Source: Perna viridis
Lineage: Eukaryota
DNA: 64,000 nt
NCBI GenBank assembly: GCA_037379345.1
Contig: CM074512.1
Coordinates: 48,815,597-48,879,596 of the forward strand
Direction: 5' to 3'
Below, piece by piece: positions 12,959 to 25,195 of this stretch; within the stretch, counting starts at the first letter, position 1, and each line of letters opens with the position of its first letter. Both the position numbers and the translations under genes were made by a program. The notes below the pieces were generated by a model that did no database searches, was not told where the DNA came from, and saw nothing but the letters and a program-made list of their open reading frames with translations.

Positions 12959-13632
12959 GCTGTAGCACTGTATCGCAGGGCGACTATTTTCAACGCATTT
13001 GTAGTTTTCTGGCGGTGCAATCAATACTTTATTATTGCAGAAAAATTCGTAGTTCATACGCAATGATGAATTGTTGTTGACAAGCACGCGGCAAGTATTT
13101 TTTGGCATCTTATTGATTTACAGAAATGTGAAAAATGCACAATTCAGTTCGATACTGAACAAATATGAAAACCGAAGAAAGTCTAATGTTTAGTAACTCA
13201 CTTTGTATACGTATGCCCAACCTTTTCCCCGTTGTGCTATAAGTGAAATAGCCGGGAAAATTCAGTCAGGATTGGCCCAGTAATTTATACTAAAACTGAG
13301 CTTTTTATCACATGAAGTTGGTTTTAATTACCAGTGCATTCATTCTAAAATAGATTTCAATTACTATCAATTTCAAATCCAGTCATACATACATACACTA
13401 ACATGCAGTCGCGCTCGCCAAGAAGTGCCGAAAAGTGTGAACAGTGTTGAACATATGGTAATACTGACACGTGTACATGCAGTTCTCAATTGTCATACAT
13501 GGGTATAAAAAGACAAAATCTGATTTACGGACACATATCGTAGGAAAAATAAACAAATTAAGCGTATTATTTACAGAAAAAGAAAAGCAATTTTAGTAAA
13601 TATAAGTAACAAAAATAACCACATGTTAATCG
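12959..13632. promoter_or_regulatory. 674-bp divergent promoter spacer between the U1 and 7SL 5' ends (representative of all units)
   Basis: PSE-like TTGCACCGCCAGAAAACT at about -62 to -45 of U1 (minus strand); TATA-like TAAATATAAG ~30 nt upstream of 7SL. Both assignments are based on position only. Confidence 0.55.
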
Positions 13633-13930
13633 GTTGGGAGTTGTGGCGTGCTCCTGTGATCCAGCTACTTGGAGACCAGAGTTGGCGGACGGTGTGAGGG
13701 CAGGAGTCCTGGTGGCAGGTGATCTATGTTGAGCGGGCGTCCGCACTAAGATCGGCATCAATATGGGCACACCGAGGGAGCTCAGTGTGACCAGGTTGTC
13801 TAAGGAGGGACGTACAGGCCCAGGGCGGAAACGCAGCAGGCAAAAGTCCCCGTGTCGATCAGTAGTGGGATCGCGCCTGTGAATAGACGCTTGTCAACAG
13901 CCTGTCCAATATAACTGGACTCGACTCTTT
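13633..13930 (+). ncRNA. 7SL: 7SL (SRP) RNA
   Basis: Alu-domain start GTTGGGAGTTGTGGCGTGCTCCTGT; TCCGCACTAAG.TCGGCATCAATATGG; helix 8 CCAGGGCGGAAACGCAGCAGG; GATCAGTAGTGGGATCGCGCCTGTGAATAG; ~298 nt ending in a T run. Confidence 0.95.
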
Positions 13931-13936
13931 TTTTTT
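13928..13936 (+). terminator. Pol III oligo-T terminator of 7SL (representative)
   Basis: T9 run at the 7SL 3' end. Confidence 0.85.
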
Positions 13937-14082
13937 CTTTCCCATACTAAAAAAACTAAAAAAAAAAATAAAAAAAATTCAATTAATACGAATCGTATCT
14001 CATCTGAGGAACCTGCAAGACGTCTCATATTTCAGAACATTTTCCTTCCCAAAATTTTCGCGCCGAGCATAGCTCGGCGTTT

Positions 14083-14086
14083 CACA

Positions 14087-14133
<47 letters not shown>
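14083..14133. repeat. (CA)n microsatellite in the spacer, variable in length among units (representative)
   Basis: Directly visible; preceded by hairpin CGCCGAGC-ATA-GCTCGGCG at 14061-14079. Confidence 0.95.
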
Positions 14134-14488
14134 ATCAAGCACTCAAGCACAAATATATATCAATATCAATATCAACATCCATCTCAAACATTTTCAATAC
14201 ACTTCCATACCATGTCAATACTCAAACATACAACCTACCTACCTACCTACAAACTATCTACATCTAACACTCTTTTTCCATTTATTCCACTCTCACCTCA
14301 GTCTCATCTATTCACTTACTAGTAAGCTTTTCTTTTCACACATAATCCACGCATCATCAACACAAACTTATACCACGCATGCATTTTCATTCAAATGTAG
14401 CCTGTCTAATTCATTATAAGAACACAAGTTGGCAGATTGATCATTGTATGCATTGTAGGGACTGGTCCTTATTTCTTTACATTATAGA

Positions 14489-14652
14489 CGGGGGATAGCG
14501 CGAACGCAGTCCCCCACACTAAAAAATTGCGTACCCGAGTTGCCCACATTTGGGGCAATCGCAGGCTTCAGCCTAACCGGAGTGCAATGGAAAGGCCTCG
14601 ACCTGGGGGAACCGCCTTTGTGATCACGGTATCCCCTGTACCAGGTAAGTAT
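14489..14652 (-). ncRNA. U1: U1 snRNA
   Basis: 164 nt; ATACTTACCTGG 5' end, SL-I loop GATCACAAAG, SL-II loop ATTGCAC, Sm-like AATTTTTTAG, SL-IV GGGGGACTGCGTTCGCGCTATCCCC. Confidence 0.97.
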
Positions 14653-15326
14653 GCTGTAGCACTGTATCGCAGGGCGACTATTTTCAACGCATTTGTAGTT
14701 TTCTGGCGGTGCAATCAATACTTTATTATTGCAGAAAAATTCGTAGTTCATACGCAATGATGAATTGTTGTTGACAAGCACGCGGCAAGTATTTTTTGGC
14801 ATCTTATTGATTTACAGAAATGTGAAAAATGCACAATTCAGTTCGATACTGAACAAATATGAAAACCGAAGAAAGTCTAATGTTTAGTAACTCACTTTGT
14901 ATACGTATGCCCAACCTTTTCCCCGTTGTGCTATAAGTGAAATAGCCGGGAAAATTCAGTCAGGATTGGCCCAGTAATTTATACTAAAACTGAGCTTTTT
15001 ATCACATGAAGTTGGTTTTAATTACCAGTGCATTCATTCTAAAATAGATTTCAATTACTATCAATTTCAAATCCAGTCATACATACATACACTAACATGC
15101 AGTCGCGCTCGCCAAGAAGTGCCGAAAAGTGTGAACAGTGTTGAACATATGGTAATACTGACACGTGTACATGCAGTTCTCAATTGTCATACATGGGTAT
15201 AAAAAGACAAAATCTGATTTACGGACACATATCGTAGGAAAAATAAACAAATTAAGCGTATTATTTACAGAAAAAGAAAAGCAATTTTAGTAAATATAAG
15301 TAACAAAAATAACCACATGTTAATCG

Positions 15327-15624
15327 GTTGGGAGTTGTGGCGTGCTCCTGTGATCCAGCTACTTGGAGACCAGAGTTGGCGGACGGTGTGAGGGCAGGAG
15401 TCCTGGTGGCAGGTGATCTATGTTGAGCGGGCGTCCGCACTAAGATCGGCATCAATATGGGCACACCGAGGGAGCTCAGTGTGACCAGGTTGTCTAAGGA
15501 GGGACGTACAGGCCCAGGGCGGAAACGCAGCAGGCAAAAGTCCCCGTGTCGATCAGTAGTGGGATCGCGCCTGTGAATAGACGCTTGTCAACAGCCTGTC
15601 CAATATAACTGGACTCGACTCTTT
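15327..15624 (+). ncRNA. 7SL: 7SL (SRP) RNA
   Basis: Array copy. Confidence 0.95.
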
Positions 15625-15780
15625 TTTTTTCTTTCCCATACTAAAAAAACTAAAAAAAAAAATAAAAAAAATTCAATTAATACGAATCGTATCTCATCTG
15701 AGGAACCTGCAAGACGTCTCATATTTCAGAACATTTTCCTTCCCAAAATTTTCGCGCCGAGCATAGCTCGGCGTTTCACA

Positions 15781-15823
<43 letters not shown>

Positions 15824-16178
15824 ATCAAGCACTCAAGCACAAATATATATCAATATCAATATCAACATCCATCTCAAACATTTTCAATACACTTCCATAC
15901 CATGTCAATACTCAAACATACAACCTACCTACCTACCTACAAACTATCTACATCTAACACTCTTTTTCCATTTATTCCACTCTCACCTCAGTCTCATCTA
16001 TTCACTTACTAGTAAGCTTTTCTTTTCACACATAATCCACGCATCATCAACACAAACTTATACCACGCATGCATTTTCATTCAAATGTAGCCTGTCTAAT
16101 TCATTATAAGAACACAAGTTGGCAGATTGATCATTGTATGCATTGTAGGGACTGGTCCTTATTTCTTTACATTATAGA

Positions 16179-16342
16179 CGGGGGATAGCGCGAACGCAGT
16201 CCCCCACACTAAAAAATTGCGTACCCGAGTTGCCCACATTTGGGGCAATCGCAGGCTTCAGCCTAACCGGAGTGCAATGGAAAGGCCTCGACCTGGGGGA
16301 ACCGCCTTTGTGATCACGGTATCCCCTGTACCAGGTAAGTAT
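16179..16342 (-). ncRNA. U1: U1 snRNA
   Basis: Array copy. Confidence 0.97.
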
Positions 16343-17016
16343 GCTGTAGCACTGTATCGCAGGGCGACTATTTTCAACGCATTTGTAGTTTTCTGGCGGT
16401 GCAATCAATACTTTATTATTGCAGAAAAATTCGTAGTTCATACGCAATGATGAATTGTTGTTGACAAGCACGCGGCAAGTATTTTTTGGCATCTTATTGA
16501 TTTACAGAAATGTGAAAAATGCACAATTCAGTTCGATACTGAACAAATATGAAAACCGAAGAAAGTCTAATGTTTAGTAACTCACTTTGTATACGTATGC
16601 CCAACCTTTTCCCCGTTGTGCTATAAGTGAAATAGCCGGGAAAATTCAGTCAGGATTGGCCCAGTAATTTATACTAAAACTGAGCTTTTTATCACATGAA
16701 GTTGGTTTTAATTACCAGTGCATTCATTCTAAAATAGATTTCAATTACTATCAATTTCAAATCCAGTCATACATACATACACTAACATGCAGTCGCGCTC
16801 GCCAAGAAGTGCCGAAAAGTGTGAACAGTGTTGAACATATGGTAATACTGACACGTGTACATGCAGTTCTCAATTGTCATACATGGGTATAAAAAGACAA
16901 AATCTGATTTACGGACACATATCGTAGGAAAAATAAACAAATTAAGCGTATTATTTACAGAAAAAGAAAAGCAATTTTAGTAAATATAAGTAACAAAAAT
17001 AACCACATGTTAATCG

Positions 17017-17314
17017 GTTGGGAGTTGTGGCGTGCTCCTGTGATCCAGCTACTTGGAGACCAGAGTTGGCGGACGGTGTGAGGGCAGGAGTCCTGGTGGC
17101 AGGTGATCTATGTTGAGCGGGCGTCCGCACTAAGATCGGCATCAATATGGGCACACCGAGGGAGCTCAGTGTGACCAGGTTGTCTAAGGAGGGACGTACA
17201 GGCCCAGGGCGGAAACGCAGCAGGCAAAAGTCCCCGTGTCGATCAGTAGTGGGATCGCGCCTGTGAATAGACGCTTGTCAACAGCCTGTCCAATATAACT
17301 GGACTCGACTCTTT
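17017..17314 (+). ncRNA. 7SL: 7SL (SRP) RNA
   Basis: Array copy. Confidence 0.95.
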
Positions 17315-17470
17315 TTTTTTCTTTCCCATACTAAAAAAACTAAAAAAAAAAATAAAAAAAATTCAATTAATACGAATCGTATCTCATCTGAGGAACCTGC
17401 AAGACGTCTCATATTTCAGAACATTTTCCTTCCCAAAATTTTCGCGCCGAGCATAGCTCGGCGTTTCACA

Positions 17471-17508
<38 letters not shown>

Positions 17509-17860
17509 AAGCACTCAAGCACAAATATATATCAATATCAATATCAACATCCATCTCAAACATTTTCAATACACTTCCATACCATGTCAATACTCAAACA
17601 TACAACCTACCTACCTACCTACAAACTATCTACATCTAACACTCTTTTTCCATTTATTCCACTCTCACCTCAGTCTCATCTATTCACTTACTAGTAAGCT
17701 TTTCTTTTCACACATAATCCACGCATCATCAACACAAACTTATACCACGCATGCATTTTCATTCAAATGTAGCCTGTCTAATTCATTATAAGAACACAAG
17801 TTGGCAGATTGATCATTGTATGCATTGTAGGGACTGGTCCTTATTTCTTTACATTATAGA

Positions 17861-18024
17861 CGGGGGATAGCGCGAACGCAGTCCCCCACACTAAAAAATT
17901 GCGTACCCGAGTTGCCCACATTTGGGGCAATCGCAGGCTTCAGCCTAACCGGAGTGCAATGGAAAGGCCTCGACCTGGGGGAACCGCCTTTGTGATCACG
18001 GTATCCCCTGTACCAGGTAAGTAT
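17861..18024 (-). ncRNA. U1: U1 snRNA
   Basis: Array copy. Confidence 0.97.
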
Positions 18025-18698
18025 GCTGTAGCACTGTATCGCAGAGCGACTATTTTCAACGCATTTGTAGTTTTCTGGCGGTGCAATCAATACTTTATTA
18101 TTGCAGAAAAATTCGTAGTTCATACGCAATGATGAATTGTTGTTGACAAGCACGCGGCAAGTATTTTTTGGCATCTTATTGATTTACAGAAATGTGAAAA
18201 ATGCACAATTCAGTTCGATACTGAACAAATATGAAAACCGAAGAAAGTCTAATGTTTAGTAACTCACTTTGTATACGTATGCCCAACCTTTTCCCCGTTG
18301 TGCTATAAGTGAAATAGCCGGGAAAATTCAGTCAGGATTGGCCCAGTAATTTATACTAAAACTGAGCTTTTTATCACATGAAGTTGGTTTTAATTACCAG
18401 TGCATTCATTCTAAAATAGATTTCAATTACTATCAATTTCAAATCCAGTCATACATACATACACTAACATGCAGTCGCGCTCGCCAAGAAGTGCCGAAAA
18501 GTGTGAACAGTGTTGAACATATGGTAATACTGACACGTGTACATGCAGTTCTCAATTGTCATACATGGGTATAAAAAGACAAAATCTGATTTACGGACAC
18601 ATATCGTAGGAAAAATAAACAAATTAAGCGTATTATTTACAGAAAAAGAAAAGCAATTTTAGTAAATATAAGTAACAAAAATAACCACATGTTAATCG

Positions 18699-18996
18699 GT
18701 TGGGAGTTGTGGCGTGCTCCTGTGATCCAGCTACTTGGAGACCAGAGTTGGCGGACGGTGTGAGGGCAGGAGTCCTGGTGGCAGGTGATCTATGTTGAGC
18801 GGGCGTCCGCACTAAGATCGGCATCAATATGGGCACACCGAGGGAGCTCAGTGTGACCAGGTTGTCTAAGGAGGGACGTACAGGCCCAGGGCGGAAACGC
18901 AGCAGGCAAAAGTCCCCGTGTCGATCAGTAGTGGGATCGCGCCTGTGAATAGACGCTTGTCAACAGCCTGTCCAATATAACTGGACTCGACTCTTT
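18699..18996 (+). ncRNA. 7SL: 7SL (SRP) RNA
   Basis: Array copy. Confidence 0.95.
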
Positions 18997-19152
18997 TTTT
19001 TTCTTTCCCATACTAAAAAAACTAAAAAAAAAAATAAAAAAAATTCAATTAATACGAATCGTATCTCATCTGAGGAACCTGCAAGACGTCTCATATTTCA
19101 GAACATTTTCCTTCCCAAAATTTTCGCGCCGAGCATAGCTCGGCGTTTCACA

Positions 19153-19207
<55 letters not shown>

Positions 19208-19562
19208 ATCAAGCACTCAAGCACAAATATATATCAATATCAATATCAACATCCATCTCAAACATTTTCAATACACTTCCATACCATGTCAATACTCAAA
19301 CATACAACCTACCTACCTACCTACAAACTATCTACATCTAACACTCTTTTTCCATTTATTCCACTCTCACCTCAGTCTCATCTATTCACTTACTAGTAAG
19401 CTTTTCTTTTCACACATAATCCACGCATCATCAACACAAACTTATACCACGCATGCATTTTCATTCAAATGTAGCCTGTCTAATTCATTATAAGAACACA
19501 AGTTGGCAGATTGATCATTGTATGCATTGTAGGGACTGGTCCTTATTTCTTTACATTATAGA

Positions 19563-19726
19563 CGGGGGATAGCGCGAACGCAGTCCCCCACACTAAAAAA
19601 TTGCGTACCCGAGTTGCCCACATTTGGGGCAATCGCAGGCTTCAGCCTAACCGGAGTGCAATGGAAAGGCCTCGACCTGGGGGAACCGCCTTTGTGATCA
19701 CGGTATCCCCTGTACCAGGTAAGTAT
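19563..19726 (-). ncRNA. U1: U1 snRNA
   Basis: Array copy. Confidence 0.97.
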
Positions 19727-20400
19727 GCTGTAGCACTGTATCGCAGGGCGACTATTTTCAACGCATTTGTAGTTTTCTGGCGGTGCAATCAATACTTTAT
19801 TATTGCAGAAAAATTCGTAGTTCATACGCAATGATGAATTGTTGTTGACAAGCACGCGGCAAGTATTTTTTGGCATCTTATTGATTTACAGAAATGTGAA
19901 AAATGCACAATTCAGTTCGATACTGAACAAATATGAAAACCGAAGAAAGTCTAATGTTTAGTAACTCACTTTGTATACGTATGCCCAACCTTTTCCCCGT
20001 TGTGCTATAAGTGAAATAGCCGGGAAAATTCAGTCAGGATTGGCCCAGTAATTTATACTAAAACTGAGCTTTTTATCACATGAAGTTGGTTTTAATTACC
20101 AGTGCATTCATTCTAAAATAGATTTCAATTACTATCAATTTCAAATCCAGTCATACATACATACACTAACATGCAGTCGCGCTCGCCAAGAAGTGCCGAA
20201 AAGTGTGAACAGTGTTGAACATATGGTAATACTGACACGTGTACATGCAGTTCTCAATTGTCATACATGGGTATAAAAAGACAAAATCTGATTTACGGAC
20301 ACATATCGTAGGAAAAATAAACAAATTAAGCGTATTATTTACAGAAAAAGAAAAGCAATTTTAGTAAATATAAGTAACAAAAATAACCACATGTTAATCG

Positions 20401-20698
20401 GTTGGGAGTTGTGGCGTGCTCCTGTGATCCAGCTACTTGGAGACCAGAGTTGGCGGACGGTGTGAGGGCAGGAGTCCTGGTGGCAGGTGATCTATGTTGA
20501 GCGGGCGTCCGCACTAAGATCGGCATCAATATGGGCACACCGAGGGAGCTCAGTGTGACCAGGTTGTCTAAGGAGGGACGTACAGGCCCAGGGCGGAAAC
20601 GCAGCAGGCAAAAGTCCCCGTGTCGATCAGTAGTGGGATCGCGCCTGTGAATAGACGCTTGTCAACAGCCTGTCCAATATAACTGGACTCGACTCTTT
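20401..20698 (+). ncRNA. 7SL: 7SL (SRP) RNA
   Basis: Array copy. Confidence 0.95.
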
Positions 20699-20854
20699 TT
20701 TTTTCTTTCCCATACTAAAAAAACTAAAAAAAAAAATAAAAAAAATTCAATTAATACGAATCGTATCTCATCTGAGGAACCTGCAAGACGTCTCATATTT
20801 CAGAACATTTTCCTTCCCAAAATTTTCGCGCCGAGCTTAGCTCGGCGTTTCACA

Positions 20855-20901
<47 letters not shown>

Positions 20902-21256
20902 ATCAAGCACTCAAGCACAAATATATATCAATATCAATATCAACATCCATCTCAAACATTTTCAATACACTTCCATACCATGTCAATACTCAAACATACA
21001 ACCTACCTACCTACCTACAAACTATCTACATCTAACACTCTTTTTCCATTTATTCCACTCTCACCTCAGTCTCATCTATTCACTTACTAGTAAGCTTTTC
21101 TTTTCACACATAATCCACGCATCATCAACACAAACTTATACCACGCATGCATTTTCATTCAAATGTAGCCTGTCTAATTCATTATAAGAACACAAGTTGG
21201 CAGATTGATCATTGTATGCATTGTAGGGACTGGTCCTTATTTCTTTACATTATAGA

Positions 21257-21420
21257 CGGGGGATAGCGCGAACGCAGTCCCCCACACTAAAAAATTGCGT
21301 ACCCGAGTTGCCCACATTTGGGGCAATCGCAGGCTTCAGCCTAACCGGAGTGCAATGGAAAGGCCTCGACCTGGGGGAACCGCCTTTGTGATCACGGTAT
21401 CCCCTGTACCAGGTAAGTAT
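21257..21420 (-). ncRNA. U1: U1 snRNA
   Basis: Array copy. Confidence 0.97.
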
Positions 21421-22094
21421 GCTGTAGCACTGTATCGCAGGGCGACTATTTTCAACGCATTTGTAGTTTTCTGGCGGTGCAATCAATACTTTATTATTGC
21501 AGAAAAATTCGTAGTTCATACGCAATGATGAATTGTTGTTGACAAGCACGCGGCAAGTATTTTTTGGCATCTTATTGATTTACAGAAATGTGAAAAATGC
21601 ACAATTCAGTTCGATACTGAACAAATATGAAAACCGAAGAAAGTCTAATGTTTAGTAACTCACTTTGTATACGTATGCCCAACCTTTTCCCCGTTGTGCT
21701 ATAAGTGAAATAGCCGGGAAAATTCAGTCAGGATTGGCCCAGTAATTTATACTAAAACTGAGCTTTTTATCACATGAAGTTGGTTTTAATTACCAGTGCA
21801 TTCATTCTAAAATAGATTTCAATTACTATCAATTTCAAATCCAGTCATACATACATACACTAACATGCAGTCGCGCTCGCCAAGAAGTGCCGAAAAGTGT
21901 GAACAGTGTTGAACATATGGTAATACTGACACGTGTACATGCAGTTCTCAATTGTCATACATGGGTATAAAAAGACAAAATCTGATTTACGGACACATAT
22001 CGTAGGAAAAATAAACAAATTAAGCGTATTATTTACAGAAAAAGAAAAGCAATTTTAGTAAATATAAGTAACAAAAATAACCACATGTTAATCG

Positions 22095-22392
22095 GTTGGG
22101 AGTTGTGGCGTGCTCCTGTGATCCAGCTACTTGGAGACCAGAGTTGGCGGACGGTGTGAGGGCAGGAGTCCTGGTGGCAGGTGATCTATGTTGAGCGGGC
22201 GTCCGCACTAAGATCGGCATCAATATGGGCACACCGAGGGAGCTCAGTGTGACCAGGTTGTCTAAGGAGGGACGTACAGGCCCAGGGCGGAAACGCAGCA
22301 GGCAAAAGTCCCCGTGTCGATCAGTAGTGGGATCGCGCCTGTGAATAGACGCTTGTCAACAGCCTGTCCAATATAACTGGACTCGACTCTTT
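22095..22392 (+). ncRNA. 7SL: 7SL (SRP) RNA
   Basis: Array copy. Confidence 0.95.
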
Positions 22393-22548
22393 TTTTTTCT
22401 TTCCCATACTAAAAAAACTAAAAAAAAAAATAAAAAAAATTCAATTAATACGAATCGTATCTCATCTGAGGAACCTGCAAGACGTCTCATATTTCAGAAC
22501 ATTTTCCTTCCCAAAATTTTCGCGCCGAGCTTAGCTCGGCGTTTCACA

Positions 22549-22609
<61 letters not shown>

Positions 22610-22964
22610 ATCAAGCACTCAAGCACAAATATATATCAATATCAATATCAACATCCATCTCAAACATTTTCAATACACTTCCATACCATGTCAATACTCA
22701 AACATACAACCTACCTACCTACCTACAAACTATCTACATCTAACACTCTTTTTCCATTTATTCCACTCTCACCTCAGTCTCATCTATTCACTTACTAGTA
22801 AGCTTTTCTTTTCACACATAATCCACGCATCATCAACACAAACTTATACCACGCATGCATTTTCATTCAAATGTAGCCTGTCTAATTCATTATAAGAACA
22901 CAAGTTGGCAGATTGATCATTGTATGCATTGTAGGGACTGGTCCTTATTTCTTTACATTATAGA

Positions 22965-23128
22965 CGGGGGATAGCGCGAACGCAGTCCCCCACACTAAAA
23001 AATTGCGTACCCGAGTTGCCCACATTTGGGGCAATCGCAGGCTTCAGCCTAACCGGAGTGCAATGGAAAGGCCTCGACCTGGGGGAACCGCCTTTGTGAT
23101 CACGGTATCCCCTGTACCAGGTAAGTAT
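22965..23128 (-). ncRNA. U1: U1 snRNA
   Basis: Array copy. Confidence 0.97.
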
Positions 23129-23802
23129 GCTGTAGCACTGTATCGCAGGGCGACTATTTTCAACGCATTTGTAGTTTTCTGGCGGTGCAATCAATACTTT
23201 ATTATTGCAGAAAAATTCGTAGTTCATACGCAATGATGAATTGTTGTTGACAAGCACGCGGCAAGTATTTTTTGGCATCTTATTGATTTACAGAAATGTG
23301 AAAAATGCACAATTCAGTTCGATACTGAACAAATATGAAAACCGAAGAAAGTCTAATGTTTAGTAACTCACTTTGTATACGTATGCCCAACCTTTTCCCC
23401 GTTGTGCTATAAGTGAAATAGCCGGGAAAATTCAGTCAGGATTGGCCCAGTAATTTATACTAAAACTGAGCTTTTTATCACATGAAGTTGGTTTTAATTA
23501 CCAGTGCATTCATTCTAAAATAGATTTCAATTACTATCAATTTCAAATCCAGTCATACATACATACACTAACATGCAGTCGCGCTCGCCAAGAAGTGCCG
23601 AAAAGTGTGAACAGTGTTGAACATATGGTAATACTGACACGTGTACATGCAGTTCTCAATTGTCATATATGGGTATAAAAAGACAAAATCTGATTTACGG
23701 ACACATATCGTAGGAAAAATAAACAAATTAAGCGTATTATTTACAGAAAAAGAAAAGCAATTTTAGTAAATATAAGTAACAAAAATAACCACATGTTAAT
23801 CG

Positions 23803-24100
23803 GTTGGGAGTTGTGGCGTGCTCCTGTGATCCAGCTACTTGGAGACCAGAGTTGGCGGACGGTGTGAGGGCAGGAGTCCTGGTGGCAGGTGATCTATGTT
23901 GAGCGGGCGTCCGCACTAAGATCGGCATCAATATGGGCACACCGAGGGAGCTCAGTGTGACCAGGTTGTCTAAGGAGGGACGTACAGGCCCAGGGCGGAA
24001 ACGCAGCAGGCAAAAGTCCCCGTGTCGATCAGTAGTGGGATCGCGCCTGTGAATAGACGCTTGTCAACAGCCTGTCCAATATAACTGGACTCGACTCTTT
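23803..24100 (+). ncRNA. 7SL: 7SL (SRP) RNA
   Basis: Array copy. Confidence 0.95.
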
Positions 24101-24256
24101 TTTTTTCTTTCCCATACTAAAAAAACTAAAAAAAAAAATAAAAAAAATTCAATTAATACGAATCGTATCTCATCTGAGGAACCTGCAAGACGTCTCATAT
24201 TTCAGAACATTTTCCTTCCCAAAATTTTCGCGCCGAGCTTAGCTCGGCGTTTCACA

Positions 24257-24315
<59 letters not shown>

Positions 24316-24670
24316 ATCAAGCACTCAAGCACAAATATATATCAATATCAATATCAACATCCATCTCAAACATTTTCAATACACTTCCATACCATGTCAA
24401 TACTCAAACATACAACCTACCTACCTACCTACAAACTATCTACATCTAACACTCTTTTTCCATTTATTCCACTCTCACCTCAGTCTCATCTATTCACTTA
24501 CTAGTAAGCTTTTCTTTTCACACATAATCCACGCATCATCAACACAAACTTATACCACGCATGCATTTTCATTCAAATGTAGCCTGTCTAATTCATTATA
24601 AGAACACAAGTTGGCAGATTGATCATTGTATGCATTGTAGGGACTGGTCCTTATTTCTTTACATTATAGA

Positions 24671-24795
24671 CGGGGGATAGCGCGAACGCAGTCCCCCACA
24701 CTAAAAAATTGCGTACCCGAGTTGCCCACATTTGGGGCAATCGCAGGCTTCAGCCTAACCGGAGTGCAATGGAAAGGCCTCGACCTGGGGGAACC
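24671..24795 (-). pseudogene. U1: U1 snRNA 3' fragment (nt 40-164) after insertion
   Basis: Resumes at GGTTCCCCCAG after the element poly(A). Confidence 0.92.
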
Positions 24796-25195
24796 TTTTT
24801 TTTTTTAATTTCAAAAATTTATTCAGTAAAACTTCATACGTAATACATGACAATAAATTAAAACATAAATATCACAGATAATACATTGTGCATGTATACA
24901 GATATGAATAATGTATGCATAAATATCAACTTTGTTATTGGTTAATGCAAGAAAGAACATTGGGATAAATAGTTATATCTCAAATCAATACATGATACAT
25001 AGGTATATAATACCTTCTGACACAACAAAACACCTGAAGAGAAAAAAATTCAAATGCCCTGTTATTATAGTACTCCTGTAAATTACAAGACGCCACCCTC
25101 CCATTAACTCAAATAGGGAAAAAATACAAAAATTAAAACTTAAGGGTACCTTAATAGAATCAAGTTAATAAACCTATTACTTCAAGACTTATAAC

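Noticed and set aside
13633-13930. Alu/7SL-derived SINE
   Set aside because: Full S domain, T-run terminator, no poly(A) tail or TSD: a bona fide 7SL gene
14482-14802. Repeated 106-aa, 77-aa and 67-aa ORFs in every array unit
   Set aside because: They overlap the U1 and 7SL RNA genes or their promoters and show no protein-like motifs; they recur only because the unit is repeated
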